A stretch of DNA of 64,000 nt from an uncultured Acidobacteriota bacterium (lineage in GTDB: Bacteria; Acidobacteriota; Blastocatellia; RBC074), in the NCBI GenBank assembly GCA_963796275.1, contig CAWCKY010000003.1, positions 192,001-256,000 on the forward strand, written 5' to 3'. The position numbers were made by a program, and so were the translations under genes. Of this stretch, positions 9,847-18,629 are shown piece by piece; position 1 is the stretch's first letter, and every line of letters begins with the position of its first letter. The notes under the pieces are model-generated. The model was not told the origin of the DNA. It searched no databases and saw only the letters and a list, made by a program, of their open reading frames with translations.

Positions 9847-10449
9847 ATGTATTTTTTTGATATCGATACCCAGCGTGATTTCATGCAAGGTGAAGGAGCT
9901 CTCTACGTACCAAATGCCGAATATATCTGGTCAAATATCGAACGGCTATTGCGCGCCGCGGGCGAGAAGGGAATCATAACTATTTCCTCGCGCTGCGCAC
10001 ACGAACCGGATGATCCTGAGTTCGAGGTCTTCCCTCTGCATTGCATCGACGGCACTCCCGGAGCTGAACGGATATTTCCTCATCTGCCCCAGCTGCCGCG
10101 TCGCGAGATCGACGTCGGCGCGCAAATGGAACCGGAAGCAACGCTTGCGCCAGCGACGCATTACATCGTAAAGAAGAAGGTCTTCGACCTCTTTTCAAAC
10201 GACTGGCTCAACGGTTTGCGGGAGCGAGGTGTCTTTAGTGGGCAGAGCTGTGTGGTCTTCGGTGTGGCGACCGATTATTGCGTGCGCTCTTGCGTTTTGG
10301 GGTTGTTACAGTCTGGCGCCCATGTCTCGCTGGTGAAAGATGCCATCCAGGGTGTAGCGCATGAGACAACAGAGAAGGCGATCGCTGAAAAAAGCGCTGC
10401 AGGTGTTGTCTTTACAACTACGGATGAGGTATTGAAAGAACTGGGTTGA
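9847..10449 (+). CDS. pncA: Nicotinamidase (isochorismatase family)
   Basis: DIDTQRDF, HCIDGTPGA, GVATDYCV; context between pncB and nrtR. Confidence 0.9.
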   Translation: MYFFDIDTQRDFMQGEGALYVPNAEYIWSNIERLLRAAGEKGIITISSRCAHEPDDPEFEVFPLHCIDGTPGAERIFPHLPQLPRREIDVGAQMEPEATLAPATHYIVKKKVFDLFSNDWLNGLRERGVFSGQSCVVFGVATDYCVRSCVLGLLQSGAHVSLVKDAIQGVAHETTEKAIAEKSAAGVVFTTTDEVLKELG

Positions 10450-10494
10450 GCATTAGAATTTATAACGATAGATCTTTCATACCTCGATCCATCA

Positions 10495-10536
10495 GACTAT
10501 CGACCATCGACCATCAACTAATAACTATCAACTATC
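10495..10536. repeat. Heptamer tandem repeat (RACYATC-like x6)
   Basis: gactatc gaccatc gaccatc aactaat aactatc aactatc. Confidence 0.7.
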
Positions 10537-10555
10537 ATTTATCAACGATCCTTAA

Positions 10556-11227
10556 ATGAGCAAACTCAATGATTACCCACGCCCTTCCGTCACCGTTGAT
10601 CTGGTGATCTTTACCATCGCCGAAGATGATCTCAGGGTACTGCTCATCCGGCGTGGTCTGGAACCATTCAAAGGGCGATGGGCGCTGCCCGGCGGCTTCG
10701 TCGAGATCGATGAATCGCTTGAGCAGGCGGCAGCGCGCGAATTACAGGAAGAGGTCGGTGTCACAAATGTTTACCTAGAACAACTCTATACATTCGGCGA
10801 CCCGAAGCGAGATCCGCGTGGCCGCGTCATAAGTATCGCTTATTTTGCACTCGTCGATGCCGAGCGCCAGCGAATTGTGGCCGCGTCGGATGCTGCGGAT
10901 GCGGCATGGTACTCCGTCTTCGATCCGGAGCTCCGGGCCAGGCTTGCTTTCGATCATAAAAAGATTCTCGATTATGCGGTTTGGAGACTCCGGAACAAGA
11001 TCGAATGGACGACGGTCGGTTACGAACTGTTGCCGAAAAAATTTACACTCTCGGAGTTGCAGCGCGTATACGAGATAATTCTCCAACGTCCCGTTGATAA
11101 GAGAAATTTCCGCAAGAAGATCCTGGCGCAGGGACAAGTACAGGAACTCAACGAGACCCGCAGCGATGTTGCGCATCGGCCGGCAAGGCTATATTCGTTC
11201 TGTCAGAAAGATCTGAAGCCGAGGTAG
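10556..11227 (+). CDS. nrtR: NrtR Nudix-related transcriptional regulator
   Basis: WALPGGFV..ESLEQAAARELQEEVG Nudix box, RDPRGRV, LAFDH; C-terminal wHTH FTLSELQ..YE..DKRNFRKK..RPARLY. Confidence 0.93.
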   Translation: MSKLNDYPRPSVTVDLVIFTIAEDDLRVLLIRRGLEPFKGRWALPGGFVEIDESLEQAAARELQEEVGVTNVYLEQLYTFGDPKRDPRGRVISIAYFALVDAERQRIVAASDAADAAWYSVFDPELRARLAFDHKKILDYAVWRLRNKIEWTTVGYELLPKKFTLSELQRVYEIILQRPVDKRNFRKKILAQGQVQELNETRSDVAHRPARLYSFCQKDLKPR

Positions 11228-12048
11228 ATGATGACGAATCCGGCGATGAGGCGATAGATGATAAAGACGAGTGTCGAGTGTGAGCGAAGATAATTGAGTA
11301 AGAAGGCGATGCTGGCATAGCCCGAAATGGCGGCGACTATTGTCGCGACGGCGAGGTTCGCCATGCTAGTCTCGCCTAAAAGGTGTATCGCTTCTCTCAA
11401 TTCGAGCAGGCCGCTTGCGCCGATCGCCGGAATCGAGAGCAGGAATGAAAAGCGGGCGGCAGCCTCCCTGGTCATTCCTGCGAAGAGTGCGCCGGCGATG
11501 GTCGTCCCCGATCGGGAGGAGCCGGGTATCAAAGCGAATACCTGGGCCACACCGACAGCCAATGCCTCGCGTAACCCGACGTGCTCCAGCTCGCGCCGGC
11601 GCTTGCCCAGTAGCTCAGCCATCCAGAGAATCACCCCCCAGACCACCATGCTCGTTCCTATGACATAAAAATTTTTGGTCAACTCTCCCTCGATAATGTT
11701 TTTGGCGAGTAGACCCACTATTGCGATCGGCAGCGTTCCTACGATGATCACCCAGCCCAGCCGGGTAGCTTTTCGCGCCGAACTGTCTCGCCGCGCCTTC
11801 AGCAGCGCCAGGTTACCGTTGATAAAGCCCAGAGTGATGCTGATGATGTCGCGGAAAAAATAGACGATTACCGCACCCAGCGTGCCGAGCTGAATCACGG
11901 CTATAAAAGCCGTAATCTGTTGCGCCGACATCTCCCCTTCGAGGCCCATCAGTTTCTCCGCAATGATCAGATGTCCGGTGCTGCTGATGGGTATGAATTC
12001 GGTGAGACCTTGAATAATACCGAGGATTATTGCCTGTAACAGGTTCAT
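11203..12048 (-). CDS. uppP: Undecaprenyl-diphosphatase
   Basis: GIIQGLTEFIPISSTGH, PGSSRSGTT, AARFSFLLSIP. Confidence 0.97.
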   Translation of the reverse strand: MNLLQAIILGIIQGLTEFIPISSTGHLIIAEKLMGLEGEMSAQQITAFIAVIQLGTLGAVIVYFFRDIISITLGFINGNLALLKARRDSSARKATRLGWVIIVGTLPIAIVGLLAKNIIEGELTKNFYVIGTSMVVWGVILWMAELLGKRRRELEHVGLREALAVGVAQVFALIPGSSRSGTTIAGALFAGMTREAAARFSFLLSIPAIGASGLLELREAIHLLGETSMANLAVATIVAAISGYASIAFLLNYLRSHSTLVFIIYRLIAGFVIIYLGFRSF

Positions 12049-12052
12049 TTAT

Positions 12053-12132
12053 CAGTTTCCAGTTTCAGGTTTCAGGTTTCAGTTTACGGAAATAACAATA
12101 TCTCTGAAAACTACAAACTGAAAATTGAAACT
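12053..12132. repeat. Inverted pair of heptamer arrays between glyQS and uppP
   Basis: cagtttc cagtttc aggtttc aggtttc ... gaaaact acaaact gaaaatt gaaact; could fold back. Confidence 0.6.
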
Positions 12133-12142
12133 ATTATTGCGG

Positions 12143-13846
12143 TTAATTCAGCTTCTCCAACAAGTACGTTGCAAGTTGTGAGATTGCGACCCGATCCTGT
12201 CGCATCGTATCGCGGTCGCGCACGGTTACGGTGTCTTTAAGCTCCGGGTCTTTCTCGCCCAGAGTCTCATAGTCGACGGTGATGCAGAATGGAGTGCCGA
12301 TCTCGTCCTGACGGCGATAGAGTTTACCGATCGCACCGGTATCGTCGTAGATCGAGCGCATCAACGGCTGCAGATCGCGCTTGATCCCCTTGGCGAATTC
12401 GACGATGCGCGGCTCTCTCCTTACGAGCGGGAAGACGGCGACCTTGATCGGCGCCAGCTGCGGGTGAAGTTTCAAAACCACGCGAGTATGATCATCGCAT
12501 AGGCTGGCCGCTGCCTGACGGACTTTTTTGAGCAGTTCGACGCGATCGCCGCCCGGCAGATCGCAGACATCTTCTACGCTGAGCAGCGAAGCGGGCAATG
12601 AGGCATCGGCTTTCGCCAGGCCTTCGTTGATGGCGCGCAATTGCTCCGCAGTCGGGGCGCCGGCCTTCGGTTCGCCTTTTTGCTTCTCTGCTTCGGCGAT
12701 CTTCTTGTCGATGCTCTTGCGCGCGGCTGCGATGGCGGCGCGCAGGGCATTCAAGTCCTCTTCCTTCGGCTCACTGACGAGCTCTTCGTTGTATGCTTCG
12801 CAGAGAAAGGCGAGCGTCGCCCGGGTCGCGCCGGCCGAGGGCTCGATCACATAGGGGATGAAACGAGCGCCTTTCTTGCCGCTGGCCGGATCTACGTATT
12901 GGTCATCGAAATACTCAAGCTTCGCGGTGCTGTCCGTGTTCTTTTGTAGTTTCAGCCGGGCCAGGTTTTCTTCAGTCACATCTTTGCTGTGTGCTGAAAG
13001 GTCGTAATCCTGGCGATTTGCGATGCCTTCCAGCTCACTGAAACCGAGCGATCCGGGGAACAGATATTCGATGTCGACCGTCGCCTTGGCATAATGCGCC
13101 AACTCTTCCGGGGTCTGCTCGCGTTTGCTCAAACGTTCCGGCGCGATGCCCATGTTGATATACCAATCGAACCGCTGGTTGACCCATTCCCCGTGCAACT
13201 CAACATCGTTCTTTTCACCGGGCTGCAGAAATTGCGGCGGCTTACAGAAGTATTCGATTTCCATCTGTTCGAATTCGCGCGTGCGGAATGTGAAATTGCC
13301 GGGCGTGATTTCGTTACGGAAAGCCTTACCAACCTGCGCGATTCCGAATGGCAGCTTGCGGCGCGTCGTCTGGAGCACATTGAGGAAGTTGACGAAAATT
13401 CCCTGCGCTGTTTCAGGTCTTAGATAAGCGAGGTTCTCATCGCTTTCAACCGGGCCGATAGTCGTTCTGAACATCAGGTTGAAATTGCGTGGTTCGGTCA
13501 GATTGGTTGAACCGCAGTTTGGACACTTTTTTGCTTTCAGATGATCGGCCCGATGACGCGTTTTGCAATCGCGACAATCCAGGAGCGGGTCGGAGAATGT
13601 CGCTTCGTGACCGGAGTATTTCCATACCAGGCGATTCATGAGGATCGCGGCATCAAGACCTTCCATATCGTCGCGCTCATAGACGACCGAGCGCCACCAC
13701 GCCCGGATAACATTATTCTTTAATTCGACGCCCAGCGGGCCGTAGTCCCAGGTTGAAGCTATGCCGCCGTATATGTCGGAATTAGCAAAGATGAAGCCCC
13801 GCCTCTTGCAAAGGCTGACGATCTTTTCCATGCTCGGTGCTGCCAT
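12143..13846 (-). CDS. glyQS: Glycine--tRNA ligase, alpha2 homodimeric type, with ~96-aa insertion
   Basis: [60 protein letters not shown]. Confidence 0.96.
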   Translation of the reverse strand: MAAPSMEKIVSLCKRRGFIFANSDIYGGIASTWDYGPLGVELKNNVIRAWWRSVVYERDDMEGLDAAILMNRLVWKYSGHEATFSDPLLDCRDCKTRHRADHLKAKKCPNCGSTNLTEPRNFNLMFRTTIGPVESDENLAYLRPETAQGIFVNFLNVLQTTRRKLPFGIAQVGKAFRNEITPGNFTFRTREFEQMEIEYFCKPPQFLQPGEKNDVELHGEWVNQRFDWYINMGIAPERLSKREQTPEELAHYAKATVDIEYLFPGSLGFSELEGIANRQDYDLSAHSKDVTEENLARLKLQKNTDSTAKLEYFDDQYVDPASGKKGARFIPYVIEPSAGATRATLAFLCEAYNEELVSEPKEEDLNALRAAIAAARKSIDKKIAEAEKQKGEPKAGAPTAEQLRAINEGLAKADASLPASLLSVEDVCDLPGGDRVELLKKVRQAAASLCDDHTRVVLKLHPQLAPIKVAVFPLVRREPRIVEFAKGIKRDLQPLMRSIYDDTGAIGKLYRRQDEIGTPFCITVDYETLGEKDPELKDTVTVRDRDTMRQDRVAISQLATYLLEKLN

Positions 13847-13991
13847 TCTAGTTACTGGACCTCTCGATCAACTGAGATGCTTTTTGTGCGGGAAGAAATA
13901 TTGCAGGCACAAAAAAGAAGCCTGGATATTAGCAGAGCCTCTTTCGTTGCGCAATTTGGCAAATAAAGCGGCGGATGGCAAAATATTCGGT

Positions 13992-15152
13992 ATGTCACGA
14001 ACGACCATCTCAAAAACTCTACTCCTAGTCGTGGTGGTATTACTCGCAGTTTGGCGGGCGGTCGGACACCCGGCGTATTTAAACCTCTATGCCATTGATC
14101 CGCGATCGAAACAGGAATTGCGGACTGATTGTACGATATGTCACGATCCGAACGGGCGAGCGAGCGATCCGAACTTCCTGAGCGATTTCGGGCGCGAATT
14201 CAAGGCGAACCAATACCGCATCAACGAGGATATGCGAACCCGATTCGCAAATTTGTTCAACCCAGCAGACCAGCCTGTGACCGGAATAACAGCCGACACG
14301 ATCAACGTGGCGACATCGCAGGTCGTGGTCAATGTGACGGTAACCGATGAGCGCGGAGAATTTGTGACCGAACTCGATCAGCAATCTTTCACGCTGCTCG
14401 AAGACGATCAGGAGCAGAAGGTAATCGAGTTTCTGGATGAGAAAGCGCCGGTGGCTGTCGCGGTCGTCCTCGATGTTTCCGGCAGCGTGATCGAGAAAGA
14501 TCTGGAACGGTATCGCAATGCTGCGTTCGATCTGGCTTATCGTCTGCGGCCCAAAGATACCCTGGCGATCTATACTTTCGACAAGACTGGAGTGCATAAA
14601 GCTCGCGACTACTCGTCCACCGTTCAAGGCCTCAAGTCGGTGCTCAAAGAATTGAAAGGGGAAGGCAAGTCGCCGCTCTACGACGCCATTCTGACCGCCA
14701 GCTCGGAGCTGCGAGAAAGACCGGAACGGAGGCGGGCACTCGTTTTGATCTCGGACGGCTTAGACAACGGAAGCAGCGCCACACTACGCGAGGTCGAGAA
14801 GAGCACGATGCTGGCGGGCACTTCCATTTATGCCGTCGATCTGGTCAATACCGAGAAGAGCTCCAAGCGTTCGGCTCAGAGACAGGCCGCCGCGCAAACC
14901 CTCAAGCAGATCGCGCAGGAGAGCGGGGGCCGCTACATCACGACTGAAGAAGGGTTCTTCCTTTTGCCATCACGCACTAAGCTTAAACGAATTTTCACCG
15001 ATCTGATCGATGAGCTGCACAGCCAGTATACAATCATATACGAACCCGCCAATGCGCGGCGGATGGGGCGTTGGCGCACGATCCGCGTCAACATGGAGCA
15101 ATCGGATTTGAGCGCGCGAACGAGGTTGGGTTATCGCGAAAGTCTTGAATGA
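13992..15152 (+). CDS. Secreted VWA-domain protein with N-terminal CXXCH module
   Basis: Signal peptide; CTICH; VNVTVTD..G, MIDAS DVSGS, SPLYDA, ISDGLD, SQYTIIY acidobacterial VWA pattern. Confidence 0.85.
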   Translation: MSRTTISKTLLLVVVVLLAVWRAVGHPAYLNLYAIDPRSKQELRTDCTICHDPNGRASDPNFLSDFGREFKANQYRINEDMRTRFANLFNPADQPVTGITADTINVATSQVVVNVTVTDERGEFVTELDQQSFTLLEDDQEQKVIEFLDEKAPVAVAVVLDVSGSVIEKDLERYRNAAFDLAYRLRPKDTLAIYTFDKTGVHKARDYSSTVQGLKSVLKELKGEGKSPLYDAILTASSELRERPERRRALVLISDGLDNGSSATLREVEKSTMLAGTSIYAVDLVNTEKSSKRSAQRQAAAQTLKQIAQESGGRYITTEEGFFLLPSRTKLKRIFTDLIDELHSQYTIIYEPANARRMGRWRTIRVNMEQSDLSARTRLGYRESLE

Positions 15153-15655
15153 TATTAAACATCAATTTTTATCTGGATTGGGAGGAGTATTTCGAAGCGC
15201 AGGAATATTTTCGCCGATATCGTTATAACATCGCTCCCGAAAAAGTGATCGGGGGCGTTCTGATGACGCTCAGCGCGCTCTGGTTCTTTCTTGACGATCT
15301 GAGTCTGTTCGCCATCTTTGGGTTAGTGGCCGGCCTGATAATCATCCTCTCGGCCCCCCATCTTCGCCGCTGGGCTTCGAAGCGGAAATGGAAAAGCGAA
15401 CCGCTTTATCAAACACACCATACGGTCTCGTTCAACGAAGAGGGCATATATTTTTTGATGGGGAGTATCGAATCCAATCTGGATTGGAGGTATTACCAAT
15501 GGATGCTTGAAAGCTCCGACGGGTTTTTGCTGATTTATGGCGACAACTCATTCAATTTTTTTCCGAAGCGGGCATTCCCAGGCGAAGGTATGATCACCGA
15601 ATTCAGATCCCTGGCAACAACAAAGCTAATGAAGAAAACTTTCTCCAATTTATGA
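15149..15655 (+). CDS. YcxB-like membrane protein
   Basis: Two TMs, then F.EEGI...LDW...E....FLLIY......FPKRAF. Confidence 0.75.
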   Translation: MILNINFYLDWEEYFEAQEYFRRYRYNIAPEKVIGGVLMTLSALWFFLDDLSLFAIFGLVAGLIIILSAPHLRRWASKRKWKSEPLYQTHHTVSFNEEGIYFLMGSIESNLDWRYYQWMLESSDGFLLIYGDNSFNFFPKRAFPGEGMITEFRSLATTKLMKKTFSNL

Positions 15656-16869
15656 CTTTAGATCAACAAATCAACTATTTAACGAAAGGCACCGTCGATG
15701 TAATACCTCTCGATGAGTTCAAATCTAAGATGAACCGAGCTGCGGCGGAGGGGCGCAAGCTTCGGGTGAAAGCCGGATTCGATCCGACGGCCCCCGATCT
15801 ACACATCGGCCACACGGTTCTGATTCGCAAGATGAGGCATTTCCAGCAGCTCGGCCACGACGTTATATTTCTTATCGGCGGTTTCACCGGCCTGATCGGC
15901 GACCCGACTGGGCGCAATGCGACGCGTCCGCCGTTGACGCGGGAGCAGATAAACGCGAATGCCGAGACATACAAGACACAGATATTTAAATTGTTGGACC
16001 CCCAAAAAACCATCATCGAGTTCAATGACAGGTGGATGAACGCGTTCACTCCGGAAGATTTCATCCGTTTGACGTCCAAGGTGACGCTCGCTCAGATGCT
16101 TGAGCGCGATGATTTCTCCAAGCGATTAAATACTGGTATTCCCATTAGTTTGCACGAGCTGCTCTACCCCCTGGTGCAGGGCTACGATTCCGTCGCGCTC
16201 AGGTCGGACGTAGAGCTCGGCGGCACCGACCAGAAGTTCAACCTGTTGATGGCTCGCGAAATACAACGCGCATATGATATAGAGCCGCAGGTGATCATGA
16301 CCACGCCTCTGCTGGAAGGTCTCGATGGCGTAGAAAAGATGTCCAAGAGCAAGAATAATTATATCGGCATCACTGAATCTCCCGATGATATCTATGGTAA
16401 AACGATGTCGATCTCGGATGATCTGATGTTGCGCTACTACGAATTGCTGACGGATCTGACTCCGGCCGAGGTCGGTCAATTGAAAACCGATGTTGAATCT
16501 GGGAAACGTCACCCACGCGATGTGAAATCCGATCTGGCAATGAAACTGGTCGCCGATTTTCATTCGCAGACAGAGGCAGAGCGCGCAGCTGCGGAATTCA
16601 CCCGCCGCTTCGTCGAGGGCCAGGCGCCGGCGAATGTCGAATCCGTATCGATCAAGCCAGTTGCTCAAAAGCTCAAATTGGTCGATCTTCTGGTCGAGGT
16701 AAATCTCGCTCCGTCAAAGGCGGAAGCGCGACGCTTGATTTCGCAAGGTGGTGTGAAACTTAACGGCGAGCGGATAAGCGATGTGAGCTTTGAAATCGAT
16801 ACGAAACAGTCAAATGCGGTACAACTGCGAGTTGGGAAATTGAAATTTTTAGGAGTAGAATTTTTGTAA
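15652..16869 (+). CDS. tyrS: Tyrosine--tRNA ligase
   Basis: GFDPTAPDLHIGH, GGTDQKFN, KMSKS, C-terminal S4 domain. Confidence 0.98.
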   Translation: MTLDQQINYLTKGTVDVIPLDEFKSKMNRAAAEGRKLRVKAGFDPTAPDLHIGHTVLIRKMRHFQQLGHDVIFLIGGFTGLIGDPTGRNATRPPLTREQINANAETYKTQIFKLLDPQKTIIEFNDRWMNAFTPEDFIRLTSKVTLAQMLERDDFSKRLNTGIPISLHELLYPLVQGYDSVALRSDVELGGTDQKFNLLMAREIQRAYDIEPQVIMTTPLLEGLDGVEKMSKSKNNYIGITESPDDIYGKTMSISDDLMLRYYELLTDLTPAEVGQLKTDVESGKRHPRDVKSDLAMKLVADFHSQTEAERAAAEFTRRFVEGQAPANVESVSIKPVAQKLKLVDLLVEVNLAPSKAEARRLISQGGVKLNGERISDVSFEIDTKQSNAVQLRVGKLKFLGVEFL

Positions 16870-16920
16870 ATTTATACAGCTCGAACAGCTCGAATGATGA
16901 GGAGAATGCTGAAAAGTTTG

Positions 16921-17095
16921 TAGTATCGCTGAGGGTCTTTGAAAATTAGATATTAGTAGTCCCCTGGTAATCTTGAATATAGAAGATTCTAGTCTTGCTG
17001 ATAATCGTTGAAAAATAGAAGTTTATAGTCCTGCTGATAGTCTTTGAATATAGAAGTAAGTGGTACCGCTGTATATTCTTTGAAAATAGATGCAA
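16921..17095 (+). repeat. Five degenerate tandem ~35-bp repeats
   Basis: Units start 16921, 16957, 16990, 17026, 17061; consensus about TAGTNNYGCTGATANTCTTTGAAWATAGAAG. Confidence 0.8.
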
Positions 17096-17101
17096 CTTCT
17101 T

Positions 17102-17201
17102 AAATCCCACCGACAGTTCCGTCGGTGGGATTTGGTGAAAAGAAGGTCTTTTGGTCTAGGTGGAAGACTTAACGATCCACCGACATCAGTCGGTGGGATT
17201 T
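17102..17201. repeat. REP-like palindrome doublet
   Basis: AAATCCCACCGAC-AGTTCC-GTCGGTGGGATTT (17102-17133) and CCACCGAC-ATCA-GTCGGTGGGATTT (17177-17201). Confidence 0.8.
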
Positions 17202-17235
17202 GAGCGGGAATTGGGTATATACATAGGAGATAGTT

Positions 17236-17838
17236 ATGCCCGCAAAGAAGAAGACAAAAAAAACCACGAGCAAGAAGAAACTAGCCGGCGCGCAAAAATC
17301 TGCCAAGAAGACAGTGAGTAAGAAAAAGTCTGCGGGCTCGAAGAAACTCGCGAGTAAATTGAAGAGGAATGTGAAGAAATCCTCGAGCAGGAAGAATCAA
17401 ACTGCAAAGTCCGGAAAGCAACCGGAAATTCCGATAAAAGAATCAGGTTTTATCGATGCCGGCCGTTTAGAAACTGAAATTTTTGAGCCTGACCCTGAGG
17501 TGAAAGGCGAATTCGCCGAAGCCGCGGTCCTGGGAGATCCCAGCCGCCGTTTCTTGCTCAATGAGCTTCGTGAGAACTCCCCCGCGGAATCTCCGGTTAT
17601 CTCGGGAGGCGATATCGATGCGGCCTGGGATCAGTCCGATGTATCCGGCGAAGAGACCGTAGGAGGCTCAAACCCAACTCCGGATCAAGATATAGTAGAG
17701 GATCTGGGTAAAGCGGCGGGATTGACATATCAGGACAACGAACCGCTCGACACGACAGAAAAAGTGACGGAGCGGGATCGCCACCGTTGGGAACTCGAAC
17801 CGGAATCATCCGAAGATTTCGATGAGAGAAATAATTGA
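17236..17838 (+). CDS. DUF6335-like protein with histone H1-like Lys-rich N-terminus
   Basis: MPAKKKTKK... basic arm; GGDIDAAW..GEETVGGSNPTPDQDIVEDLGKAAG motif. Confidence 0.7.
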   Translation: MPAKKKTKKTTSKKKLAGAQKSAKKTVSKKKSAGSKKLASKLKRNVKKSSSRKNQTAKSGKQPEIPIKESGFIDAGRLETEIFEPDPEVKGEFAEAAVLGDPSRRFLLNELRENSPAESPVISGGDIDAAWDQSDVSGEETVGGSNPTPDQDIVEDLGKAAGLTYQDNEPLDTTEKVTERDRHRWELEPESSEDFDERNN

Positions 17839-17930
17839 AATCGATATTTGATAGCTAATCTGGGATTCGAGATCATCATCAAATTGCCAATTATCAATTA
17901 TCAATTATCAATTCTCTGTTCCCAATTATC

Positions 17931-17959
17931 TTGACCGGCTTTTTCGGGATACATATAAT
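17931..17959 (+). promoter_or_regulatory. tRNA promoter
   Basis: TTGACC-17bp-TATAAT. Confidence 0.75.
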
Positions 17960-17989
17960 CGCCTGGCTTGATTAGCGTTTGAAATTTAA

Positions 17990-18073
17990 GGGGACGTGGC
18001 GGAATTGGTAGACGCGCAGGTCTCAAAAACCTGTGTCCGAAAGGACGTGTGGGTTCGATTCCCACCATCCCCA
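17990..18073 (+). tRNA. tRNA-Leu(CAA), CCA not encoded
   Basis: GGGGACG acceptor, D arm GGCGGAATTGGTAGACGC, anticodon arm CAGGT-CTCAAAA-ACCTG, long variable arm GTCCGAAAGGAC, T arm GTGGGTTCGATTCCCAC. Confidence 0.96.
18018..18073 (+). repeat. attL (3' 56 nt of tRNA-Leu)
   Basis: AGGTCTCAAAAACCTG...CCCACCATCCCCA identical to 37278-37333. Confidence 0.95.
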
Positions 18074-18144
18074 CTAGCGTCTTGATCGATATCCATAATC
18101 AAATCACTACTTTGGAAACTCAGCCTAATCATATAGTAATGTCC

Positions 18145-18164
18145 GGTACACATTTGGGTACACA
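18145..18164 (+). promoter_or_regulatory. Putative integrase arm-type sites, left
   Basis: GGTACACA-TTTG-GGTACACA; same pair near attR. Confidence 0.7.
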
Positions 18165-18178
18165 CCGAACACATCCTT

Positions 18179-18469
18179 TCAAGATTTTCGAGACTTATTA
18201 GAGAGATTCTCTCCCTTCTTCGAAGACTTCTTGGAGGTCTTAGATTCTGACTCCTTAGCTTTGCCTCTCTTGCCCTGACTCTTCTTCGGGTCCCAATCCT
18301 CGAAATCTTCAACTCTCTCTTTAGGAACGAACCATACAGTGATGTTGCCGAAGGGTTGAGATATTGCACCTTTCACCTTGCCCTGCCTCAGCCAACGAAT
18401 GACGGTGTTGTATGGTCTGTCTATCTTCTCAGCAAATTCCGTTGAAGTCATAAATCTGTCTGTCTCCAT
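18179..18469 (-). CDS. MerR-like/HTH_17 DNA-binding protein (excisionase or regulator)
   Basis: FMTSTEFAEKIDRPYNTVIRWLRQGKVKG..WFVP; next to attL. Confidence 0.75.
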   Translation of the reverse strand: METDRFMTSTEFAEKIDRPYNTVIRWLRQGKVKGAISQPFGNITVWFVPKERVEDFEDWDPKKSQGKRGKAKESESKTSKKSSKKGENLSNKSRKS

Positions 18470-18482
18470 TCTTGGAATTTAT

Positions 18483-18599
18483 AAGTGATCGATCACTTTT
18501 TCAATACTACAGGAGAGCAGATATCCCAGTCAATAAAAAGTGATCTATGATCTAGCAGTTTTTTGTTGACTCAATAAACTGATATGGATACTATCACTT
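18483..18599. promoter_or_regulatory. Divergent promoter pair with palindromic operator
   Basis: Palindrome AAGTGATCGATCACTT (18483-18498), half-sites at 18538 and 18593; TTGACT-17-TACTAT rightward and TTGACT-18-TAGTAT leftward. Confidence 0.65.
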
Positions 18600-18629
18600 A
18601 GATGTCAATCACAGAGGAGACCAAGACCT

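Noticed and set aside
12487-12776. Intein in GlyRS
   Set aside because: No terminal His-Asn followed by Cys/Ser/Thr and no splicing blocks; the insert is Ala/Lys-rich and helical.
13761-13991. N-terminal extension of the VWA ORF
   Set aside because: Overlaps glyQS on the opposite strand; the signal peptide begins at ATG13992.
16921-17095. Possible CRISPR array
   Set aside because: Repeats abut with no unique spacers, are degenerate, and no cas genes are present.
17986-18369. 127-aa minus-strand ORF (and 37309-37701 plus-strand ORF)
   Set aside because: Shadow ORFs over the tRNA/att sites and real genes.
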